Assembly (NCBI GenBank): GCA_913055635.1
Contig: CAJXLK010000003.1
Span: forward strand, 13,959-77,958
Source: an uncultured Bacteroidota bacterium
GTDB taxonomy: Bacteria > Bacteroidota > Bacteroidia > Bacteroidales > UBA12077
Reading direction: 5' to 3'
DNA length: 64,000 nt
Under the pieces are notes generated by a model. It made no database searches, had not been told where the DNA came from, and was given only the letters and a program-made list of their open reading frames with translations. The translations under genes were made by a program, and so were the position numbers. Of the stretch, positions 10,163 through 17,056 are shown one piece after another; the first letter of the stretch is position 1; each line of letters begins with the position of its first letter.

Positions 10163-11050
10163 TTAGAGTTTCTTGAGTTTGATGTTGCGGAACCATACAT
10201 CGTTGCCATGGTCCTGGAGTCCGATGTAGCCCTCGCGGTATTTGCCGAAATCTTCATACTCACTGAACTTGCTGTTTTTGACCATCTCTTTCCATTGGTC
10301 TGTGCCCAGGTGGTATTCCAGGATCTTTTCTCCGTTCATCCGGTGAACCACCGTTCCCTGGTAAACCATGATCTCTGCCTGGTTCCACTCGCCTGCCGGC
10401 CGGGTGTTTTGAGGCTCAGGAGCGATCAAATCGTACAGGGCCCCGGCCATCCTGGGCTCGCCCAGCTGGGCATCAATGTGGCGTTCGTTGTCCAGCACCT
10501 GCATCTCCGGGGCCGACTGCCATATGGGTTGATCCTCCAATTCTTTGGCCAGGTAAAAAATGCCGCTGTTGCCTCCTTTAGAAATCTTCCACTCCAGTTT
10601 CAGATGAAAGTCCTTAAATTTTTGATTATAAATGATGTCTCCACCGGCTCCACCGGCTTCCCCCTTTCCTGAGCCAATGCAGCGCAGGGTCCGTTCTTCA
10701 ATGACCCATCCGCTGTCGGGAAACGCCTGGTCGTTGTATCCCCGCTAGCCTTCAAAATTTTTTCCGTTAAAAAGCAGCATCCAGCCTTCCTGCTTTTCTT
10801 TTTGGGTTAACTGGTTGGGTTGTTCCACATCGCAAAGAGCCACAATGTTTTCATTGGCCAGACCCTTCAGTACACCTCCGCCGCGCCCACCAACTCCAAT
10901 GCCGGCAATGTTGAGTTTGTCGCTGGGTGGGGTGTGCCCCAATCCCCCTACCACATAATTGGGCAGGATGGTTATACCCGCTGCCGCTACCCCGGTTTTC
11001 CGGAGAAAAGTACGCCGGGTCATTTTGGAATATTTGCTTTTTTGCTCCAT
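10163..11050 (-). pseudogene. Chimeric, nonsense-interrupted gene: Tat-signal/Rossmann N-terminus of a Gfo/Idh/MocA oxidoreductase fused to a DUF1080 (3-keto-disaccharide-hydrolase-like) domain
   Basis: MTRRTFLRKTGVAAAGITILP...LNIAGIGVGGRGGGVLKGLANENIVALCDV is a Gfo/Idh/MocA start. It runs straight into QEGWMLLFNGKNFEG-TAG-RGYNDQAFPDSGWVIEE...GIFYLA...EMQVLDNERH...IGLQDHGNDVWFRNIKLKKL, which is DUF1080. The TAG at 10745-10747 sits where the family has a conserved Trp (TGG). ORFs 10745-11077 and 10163-10540 are in the same frame. Confidence 0.75.
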
Positions 11051-11430
11051 AAAAGAAGGTTTTGATGATTGGTGCATTGCTTTTTTATTGGCATATCAGT
11101 GGTGAAGCAGGATCATCTCATCAACTTATACTGCTTAAAAAGTATCGGTCCATTCTTTCGCCCTGGCGCAGCCACCACTTTACCTTTTATACCCTTCCTG
11201 GCAATGGCAAATATAGGGGCGGTAGGAGGGAACCCTTCCTCAGGCAATTTTTCCACAGGGAATTTTGTAAACGAGGCCCCTGTTATAAATCGCCTCAAAT
11301 AAAAGTATTGTGCGGTCTTCCATAGTGATTAACTGGATACGTCTTCATAATGGGCTGGTTAGGGACAAGATACAAAAAGTATGTTTTAAAAACAACTTCT
11401 CCTGGTGAAGCGCGTTGCCGAACTTTATTG

Positions 11431-11457
11431 AAAACATCCGGTGGGATTCACCGAATG
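11431..11457 (-). terminator. Intrinsic terminator of asnA
   Basis: Minus strand, 6 nt after the asnA stop: CAUUCGGUG-AAUCC-CACCGGAUG (9-bp stem including one G-U), followed by UUUUCAAU. Confidence 0.7.
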
Positions 11458-11462
11458 ATGCC

Positions 11463-12500
11463 TTACAAAAGCTCGATGTTGTGTTTTTCGCAGGCATCGC
11501 GCATTTCATCCGGCCAGATGCCAGCCTGTACCTCGCCAATGTGGGCTTTTTGCAGATACAACATGCAAAGCCTGGACTGGCCGATCCCTCCACCCATGGT
11601 TTGCGGCATGCCCCCCTCTAAAAGCCGGGCATGGAAAGGCAGCTCTTTTCGCTTTTCCTGTCCGCATAAGTGAAGTTGGCGCTCCAGGGATGCCGGACTT
11701 ACCCGGATGCCCATCGAGGAGATTTCAAAGGCTTTTTCCAAAACCGGGTTCCAAACCAGGATGTCGCCGTTGAGTCCTTTGTAACCATTGATCGTTGGCG
11801 AAGACCAGTCATCGTAATCGGGCGCCCGGTGGTCATGCGGTGCCCCATCCTTCAGGGTGTGGCCGATGCCGATTACAAAAACAGCCCCGTATTCCCTGGT
11901 GATCAAATCCTCGCGCTCTTTGGGCGTCTTTCCCGGATATTTTGCCTGCAACTCCTCACTATGAACAAAGGTGATCTCTTGTGGCAACCCCGGACGAAGA
12001 ACCGGTATGCGCTCGGTTAATGCCACCTCCGTTTCCACAATGGCCCGGTAAATTTTTCTGACCTCCTGTTTTAACACCTCCAGGTTACGTCTAGAGCTGT
12101 CCAGTACCTTTTCCCAGTCCCACTGGTCCACATAAACCGAATGCAGGTTGTCCAGGTCCTCATCCGGGCGCAGGGCATTCATGTCGGTGTAAATGCCCCG
12201 GATCTTTTCATTGTCCAACCGGGCCAGCTTCATGCGTTTCCACTTGGCCAGGCTCTGAACCACTTCCACTCCACTGCTGTTGAGCGATCCAACAGGGAAA
12301 CGCACCGGCTGCTCTACCCCGTTTAAGTCATCGTTGATGCCGGTTCCCGATAACACCAGCATGGGCGCCGTTACTCTTTGCAGATCCAGCTTTTGGGACA
12401 AAACCTTCTCAAATTCATCCTTGATGAACTTGATCGCCGATTCGGTCGATTCGCGGGTCAGCATGTTCCGGTAATCCTTTGGAATGATTAGATTTTTCAT
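11463..12500 (-). CDS. asnA: Aspartate--ammonia ligase (asparagine synthetase A)
   Basis: MKNLIIPKDYRNMLTRESTESAIKFIKDEFEKVLSQKLDLQRVTAPMLVLSGTGINDDLNGVEQPVRF...VYVDQWDWEKV...GGGIGQSRLCMLYLQKAHIGEVQAGIWP is class-II-synthetase-like AsnA. The true start is the ATG at 12500; the ORF-track start at 12596 lies inside the leader. Confidence 0.93.
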   Translation of the reverse strand: MKNLIIPKDYRNMLTRESTESAIKFIKDEFEKVLSQKLDLQRVTAPMLVLSGTGINDDLNGVEQPVRFPVGSLNSSGVEVVQSLAKWKRMKLARLDNEKIRGIYTDMNALRPDEDLDNLHSVYVDQWDWEKVLDSSRRNLEVLKQEVRKIYRAIVETEVALTERIPVLRPGLPQEITFVHSEELQAKYPGKTPKEREDLITREYGAVFVIGIGHTLKDGAPHDHRAPDYDDWSSPTINGYKGLNGDILVWNPVLEKAFEISSMGIRVSPASLERQLHLCGQEKRKELPFHARLLEGGMPQTMGGGIGQSRLCMLYLQKAHIGEVQAGIWPDEMRDACEKHNIELL

Positions 12501-12533
12501 GGTGTTTCGATTTAAGGATTTAACAAATAATGG

Positions 12534-12571
12534 AAAAAAAAGCCTTCTTCGGAGTTTACCGGAGAAGGCCT
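12534..12571 (-). terminator. Attenuator terminator 2 in the asnA leader
   Basis: Minus strand: GGCCUUCUCCGG-UAAACU-CCGAAGAAGGCU (12-bp stem with one C-A mismatch), followed by U7-8. It ends 33 nt before the asnA ATG. The 5' arm can alternatively pair with CCGGGGGAGGUU (12606->12595). Confidence 0.75.
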
Positions 12572-12678
12572 GAGCGATTGAAGCAATAAAAGACAACCTC
12601 CCCCGGTGGCGGGCGATTGCAATTATTGTTGTTGTTATTTTGAAGCCTGGGTTCCATCTTAGCAGCCATGTTTTTCAT
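12556..12678 (-). CDS. Candidate asnA leader peptide 2 (40 codons, six consecutive Asn codons)
   Basis: Minus-strand ATG at 12678: MKNMAAKMEPRLQNNNNNNCNRPPPGEVVFYCFNRSGLLR*. The Asn codons are AAT AAC AAC AAC AAT AAT, then TGC AAT. The stop codon lies in the loop of terminator 2. The ORF is too short for the supplied track. Confidence 0.6.
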   Translation of the reverse strand: MKNMAAKMEPRLQNNNNNNCNRPPPGEVVFYCFNRSGLLR

Positions 12679-12709
12679 AAAAAAGCCTTCCTGAAGGGCA
12701 GGAAGGCTT
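12679..12709 (-). terminator. Attenuator terminator 1 (alternatively the terminator of the upstream NTF2-like gene)
   Basis: Minus strand: AAGCCUUCCUG-CCCUU-CAGGAAGGCUU (11-bp perfect stem), followed by a U-run of six. The ATG of leader ORF 2 follows immediately. The 5' arm is complementary to CAGGAGGGCU (12756->12747). Confidence 0.75.
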
Positions 12710-12732
12710 TGGATGATGTTTGGTTGTATTGG

Positions 12733-12831
12733 TTACAGCTTGTCATAGCCCTCCTGTTCGCAAAGGCAATTGTAATTGCGATTCCAATTGGAGGGGTTAT
12801 GGTTGCTGCTTGGGTACTTCATGATTGTCAT
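12733..12831 (-). CDS. Candidate asnA leader peptide 1 (32 codons, Asn-rich)
   Basis: Minus-strand ATG at 12831: MTIMKYPSSNHNPSNWNRNYNCLCEQEGYDKL*. Six Asn codons fall within codons 10-21. The antiterminator arm lies in codons EQEGY, 11 nt before the stop. Confidence 0.45.
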   Translation of the reverse strand: MTIMKYPSSNHNPSNWNRNYNCLCEQEGYDKL

Positions 12832-12899
12832 CGTTCTATGGATACAAGAAACGAATTTTTTCACTGCCACACAAACCGTTGGTGGAAAAAATAAAGGTG

Positions 12900-13301
12900 T
12901 TAATCACTGCGCAGGTTTCGTTCAATGATGTCGTAAGGGATTTTGGTATCGGAATAAACCTGCCACCGGTCTATTTTATCGTCTTTAACAACAGCTTTCC
13001 AGGCACAGGGGAGCTTCCAGGTATTTGAGGCGTCGTTTTTTTCCTGGTTCTTATAGGTGCCTCCGGCCCATCCAAACAGGCCAATCATGTCATCCTCTTC
13101 TATGATTTCGGTCACTTCAATGGTGTAATCGGGGAAGAAATCCAGATAGCCCTTCCAGGCCTTTTTCATGTTTTCTTTTCCCACTGTCTTTTTCCCGTGC
13201 GAATTGATAAAGGTATGGTTGTCGGTCATCAGCCCGGCAATTTTCTTAAGCTGATGCGAGTTAATGGCTTTCACAAAATCCATGGCAATTTTTACGCTCA
13301 T
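12900..13301 (-). CDS. NTF2-like / SnoaL-like small protein
   Basis: 133 aa. MSVKIAMDFVKAINSHQLKKIAGLMTDNHTFINSHGKKTVGKENMKKAWKGYLDFFPDYTIEV...DDKIDRWQVYSD shows the typical SnoaL/NTF2 cone-fold pattern. Confidence 0.6.
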   Translation of the reverse strand: MSVKIAMDFVKAINSHQLKKIAGLMTDNHTFINSHGKKTVGKENMKKAWKGYLDFFPDYTIEVTEIIEEDDMIGLFGWAGGTYKNQEKNDASNTWKLPCAWKAVVKDDKIDRWQVYSDTKIPYDIIERNLRSD

Positions 13302-13363
13302 AAGCCGGAATTTTCAATATCCATATTCATTATCTTTATCTGCAAATGTAGTGACAAGGGTTT

Positions 13364-14902
13364 TTAATATCCATATTGTTTGTTGCGCAATTGATGAATC
13401 AGACCCCGGGCTTTTTGCTGAGCTTCCAGGGCCAGCCCTTTGCAGTAATGGGTCAGAAAAATAGTTGCCAGTTCGGGATCTTTGCGGTAAAGTTCCCGGG
13501 CTTTTTCTTCTATGGGGGCTTGCATGGCGAGCATCTCCTGTTCGAATGTTTCCCAGGTTTGGGAGACAGGCTTGATGTTTTGTTTATAGTCTATATCCAC
13601 CAGGTTTTCCAGGGTATTGAAAATCCAGAAAGCCTTATCGGCATTGTATTGGTAGATGGATTGGGGCGGATGAAAATGATAAGCGGTGATGCTGTCTTTT
13701 CTTGAGTCGGGGTTTATGCGGTAGGATTGGGGGGTTTCTGTTATGCCGGCATACCAGGGGGTCAACACGCCTGAACAGAGGGCGGCTGTTGAACGCCAGT
13801 AAACACAGCCTATTTCGGGGGGCATCCAACTGCGCAGTTGAAAAATGGCCACTTCCTGGTTGCGTTGATCACAGATGGCTCCGTCGGTGGGCCCCATCAT
13901 GTCGTGGGGTGATCCTTTGCGGTAACCATTGGTTTTATCGAATTGGGTGCCTTCCATATGATCGCTCATGATGCGCCTTAATTTTTGGAAGGTGACGGGT
14001 TCGGCCGGTTTGACTGAAAAGGGCCAGGCCTTTTGCCTGGAGAGTTCCGGTTTTTCTCCGGTTAGCAGCCACTGTCCCCTGAACTGGCGCGGATCTTTTC
14101 CGTATTTATCTTCAAACCAGCCGGTCCATTTGGGTTGGCCATAGGCCTGCTTGTAATTGAAGGTATCATCATGGCGGGGATCATACCAGCCTTTTTCGAT
14201 GGCATAGCCGATCAGGTGGTCGGAGACCATGAAACGGCTGGTGTCTTCGGGATGCACTTCCTGGATGATGTTGACATTGGGCAGGGCCACCACCCGGTCG
14301 TCACGAACCCGCTGGGCCACCCATTGCCTGCCTTTGGGCAGGGCCATGACCCAGGCTTCCTCGGAATCTGCAATCACAAAATGAATGGCGTGCCGTGAGC
14401 CAAAGCGCTCGACCAGGTTGGCTACGATGCGCACCCCCTCGCGGGCCGTTTTGGCCCTTCGCGCTACCTCAATACGCAGGCGAAAGCCAATGCCACCGTC
14501 TTCTATCTGTCCCGATGCCTTCAGGGCTTCCATGTTGGTCTCTTTGGAAGGTGTCCCGTCGCTGACGCAAACCACCCCATGTTCATTCATCACTCCGTCA
14601 CTGCCTTCCAAACCCATGTTTTCCGACCAAAGGAAAGCATAACTCCTGCTTACATCCCGGTAGTGGCCGCCATGCTGCAACCGGATAACGCTTCCCGGGT
14701 CATGTTCCATGCCCGGTATCACATGAAAATTTAAGAAACACTGGTCGGGCTTGTTCAATTCACTGTGGGCAACCATTACCGAACCATCGGCCGTGGCATC
14801 CTTTCCGGCAACAATGGCATAGCAACCCCGGGCCTTTTTAACCGACAAAAGGCCCGCCGCCAGCATCAAAATAACGATCAAATGAAATTGTACCCTTTTC
14901 AT
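13364..14902 (-). CDS. Peptidase family C69 dipeptidase (secreted, N-terminal nucleophile Cys)
   Basis: A signal peptide is followed by ARG-CYAIVAGKDATADGSVMVAHSE, the C69 hallmark C-[TY]-x-[IL]-[LV]-x-G-K-x-A-[ST]-x-D-G-S. Length is 512 aa. Confidence 0.8.
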   Translation of the reverse strand: MKRVQFHLIVILMLAAGLLSVKKARGCYAIVAGKDATADGSVMVAHSELNKPDQCFLNFHVIPGMEHDPGSVIRLQHGGHYRDVSRSYAFLWSENMGLEGSDGVMNEHGVVCVSDGTPSKETNMEALKASGQIEDGGIGFRLRIEVARRAKTAREGVRIVANLVERFGSRHAIHFVIADSEEAWVMALPKGRQWVAQRVRDDRVVALPNVNIIQEVHPEDTSRFMVSDHLIGYAIEKGWYDPRHDDTFNYKQAYGQPKWTGWFEDKYGKDPRQFRGQWLLTGEKPELSRQKAWPFSVKPAEPVTFQKLRRIMSDHMEGTQFDKTNGYRKGSPHDMMGPTDGAICDQRNQEVAIFQLRSWMPPEIGCVYWRSTAALCSGVLTPWYAGITETPQSYRINPDSRKDSITAYHFHPPQSIYQYNADKAFWIFNTLENLVDIDYKQNIKPVSQTWETFEQEMLAMQAPIEEKARELYRKDPELATIFLTHYCKGLALEAQQKARGLIHQLRNKQYGY

Positions 14903-14913
14903 AGATTTTTTAT

Positions 14914-15061
14914 GATATAACCCCGCTTAATATAACCCCGCTTAGCGGGGTCTGGTTTTAGCCACCCCGCTAAGCGGGGTCCGGTTTTAGATAACCCCGC
15001 TAAGCGGGGTCCGGTTTTAGATAACCCCGCTAAGCGGGGTCAAAGCGGGGTCAGAATTTAG
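14914..15061. repeat. Tandem array (~4.5 copies, 30-bp period) of a palindrome-containing unit
   Basis: The unit is ATAACCCCGCTAAGCGGGGTCCGGTTTTAG. Copies at 14991-15020 and 15021-15041 are identical. Variants lie at 14931-14960 and 14961-14990, with partial copies at both ends. Each unit contains the 17-bp palindrome ACCCCGC-TWA-GCGGGGT. The array starts 12 nt upstream of the C69 gene start. Confidence 0.9.
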
Positions 15062-15343
15062 AGCTTCTGACAGAATGGATAAAGGTATTGAAAACACAGA
15101 AAAAACCAAAAATCTTTTTTTCTGATCGATGCCCGGGAAGGCCGGCCCCGCAGAAGATTCTTCGTGAATCAAAAAGATTTTGTTATATTTAGACGGGCGA
15201 AAACCCACATGCAGGAACCTGCGCAACAAGGCAATACATAAAGCATTTGGCTTGTATGGTGAGCGTTCCGATGACAATGGATCAACTCATGGTTCAATAC
15301 AATGTTGATTTATAATCCTTAGTATTGATCAGGATAAAACCCG

Positions 15344-15433
15344 CATGATCAAATAACCATTAATATAACCAAAGAGAATGATTGTTTGACCGTGGTAAGT
15401 TCGATCGCACCCTAAACAAGGTCATTCTATGAA
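15344..15433 (+). promoter_or_regulatory. Copy B of the conserved intergenic element; promoter-proximal region of the 15429 operon
   Basis: See copy A. Here the element ends in the real start codon of the 541-aa gene (…ACCCTAAACAAGGTCATTCT-ATGAAG). It contains ATTGTTTG (a TTTG-type -7-like box) and TAAGTTCGA, which resembles the LytTR half-site pattern. Confidence 0.55.
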
Positions 15434-17054
15434 GCATTTCATTCCGGCTTTTTCTGTGAAGTGGGCCTTCGTCGTGTTTTTACTGGTCGTCTTGTCGAAA
15501 AGCTTTGCCAATGGGCAAGCTGTAAGTGCGGAGGATACAGGTGAGCGGGAAATATTTATGTGGGTGGGGGCACAGAAGCTTCAAAAACAACAGCCTGCTA
15601 CCCTGGAAAATATGCTTTTATTTGCCCGCCGTTTTGATATCATTCCTTATTCTTCGGGGATGCATGATCCTGATAAACTGGAACGTTTTCTTGGTCTTTG
15701 CCGGCGACTGGATATCGACAAAACGTGGATTGAAACAGGACCGGGGGAAGGGGTATCTGTTCGTGAGTTTGTAAAGGATAGTGCTGCCCGGCGCCCGACA
15801 TTGGAGCGATTTCGGAAACTGGCCCGTGTATACCAGGCCCATTATCCTGATTTTGCACGAATCACCCTTTTTGATGAAGCCCCTCTGGGTGCTTTCAAGA
15901 AGCAGGTGGCGGGTTCAGAAAATGATTATACCAGCCGGGTGCAAAATTTTATGGAGTACGGACCGCAAGCTTTTTCTTATATACGGGAAGCCATTCAACA
16001 GGAAATGCCAAAGGCTGAAGTGGGTATCTTTATGCACCACCCGCATAATGCATCTTTTTCCATGTCGGGCAGTCATTCTCTGATTGGTCGCTTTGTGGAG
16101 GAATGTGTCCGGCAGCAGGAAAAGCCCGATTTTATTTTTTCTGATGTCTACCGCGGCTATTTTACACGGGGATATGGCATGGAGCGAACCAATGCCTATG
16201 TCAAAGACGTTGCCCGTTATACTAAAGGTGTGGCAGATGAACACCGAATAAAAGCTTACCAGCTGGGCCAGATGCATACCATCAAGCTGGGTTATACCCC
16301 TTCCCGCATGGAGATCGATCAGAATGTAGAGGCCATGCTTCAAGGCGGGTTGGATGGAATGGGTTGGTACTGGCCCAATTATGCTTCCACCAATTATACA
16401 CGAACCAGTGGCAAGGGCATTGGCCGGCCATTGAATTATCAAATTTCCCATGATCCTTTCGTTCCCAATGCCTGGGGCAAGACCGGCCCGGCCGGCTCTG
16501 TGTATGCCACCTCCAAAGACCGTTTTGTTTATGCCTACTTGCGAATGGCAGAAGAAACCCGCCCTGTTCATAGCACCACCCATTTTGACCTTTGGATTGA
16601 CGGCCATGATTTTGACCATACCGAACACAGCCTCTATTTGAAAACAACGGGGGAAAATGGTGGCAACTGGGAACTGATCGGGCATTTTAATCCACAGCAC
16701 GATAAACAGGCATACGAGGAAGGAGCCCGCCAGGAGTATATTTATTCCTACAATGATCAATGGCATGCCCTGGCTTTCCATGGATTATCCCGCCAACGCT
16801 ACCTGCTAAAGAATGAAGCCGGCTTCCAGGCCCGGGTAAAAATCACCACCCGCAGCGAAAGTGATACTTCCCGCCTGAGTGCTGTTTACCTAATGCCCTA
16901 CCGGCCTACCCGCAATTACCTGACCGAGAGGCGGATCAATGATTTTGTCCGAAACCAGCCCCGGTGGGTCAAAACCAACAGCCTGGCCTCTTCGGTATGG
17001 CCGGCTTCAAAGGAACTTTATCCCGGAGATTCATGCATTGTTAAAGTTGAATAA
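15429..17054 (+). CDS. Secreted hypothetical protein (possibly TIM-barrel glycosidase-like); no family recognised
   Basis: Signal peptide: MKHFIPAFSVKWAFVVFLLVVLSKSFANGQA. 541 aa. It is the first gene of a plus-strand run of secreted carbohydrate-active enzymes, and the next gene starts 2 nt after its stop. Confidence 0.5.
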   Translation: MKHFIPAFSVKWAFVVFLLVVLSKSFANGQAVSAEDTGEREIFMWVGAQKLQKQQPATLENMLLFARRFDIIPYSSGMHDPDKLERFLGLCRRLDIDKTWIETGPGEGVSVREFVKDSAARRPTLERFRKLARVYQAHYPDFARITLFDEAPLGAFKKQVAGSENDYTSRVQNFMEYGPQAFSYIREAIQQEMPKAEVGIFMHHPHNASFSMSGSHSLIGRFVEECVRQQEKPDFIFSDVYRGYFTRGYGMERTNAYVKDVARYTKGVADEHRIKAYQLGQMHTIKLGYTPSRMEIDQNVEAMLQGGLDGMGWYWPNYASTNYTRTSGKGIGRPLNYQISHDPFVPNAWGKTGPAGSVYATSKDRFVYAYLRMAEETRPVHSTTHFDLWIDGHDFDHTEHSLYLKTTGENGGNWELIGHFNPQHDKQAYEEGARQEYIYSYNDQWHALAFHGLSRQRYLLKNEAGFQARVKITTRSESDTSRLSAVYLMPYRPTRNYLTERRINDFVRNQPRWVKTNSLASSVWPASKELYPGDSCIVKVE

Positions 17055-17056
17055 CC

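Noticed and set aside
10745-10747. In-frame TAG in the DUF1080 domain as programmed recoding (pyrrolysine or read-through)
   Set aside because: No Pyl machinery or recoding signal is evident. The codon replaces a conserved Trp (a one-step TGG->TAG change). The same locus shows two independent deletion junctions, so ordinary gene decay is the simpler explanation.
11078-11345. Short overlapping ORFs (61-87 aa on both strands) between the decayed oxidoreductase gene and the asnA terminator
   Set aside because: There is no ATG-initiated frame with recognisable motifs. The minus-strand frame (…FTKFPVEKLPEEGF…GKVVAAPGRKNGPILFKQYKL) could be another gene remnant, but I cannot assign it. It is left unannotated rather than called.
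12640-12894. 84-aa plus-strand ORF across the asnA leader region
   Set aside because: Its Ile/Val-rich core (IVIAIPIGGV..., LLFAKAIV) is simply the reverse complement of the Asn-codon-rich mini-ORFs and hairpins on the minus strand. There is no signal, motif or plausible promoter context.
14914-15061. Possible CRISPR array
   Set aside because: The 13-nt segments between palindromes are themselves repeated and near-identical, so they are not unique spacers. The unit is only 30 bp, and there are no cas genes or leader in the window. It is treated as a tandem palindromic repeat instead.
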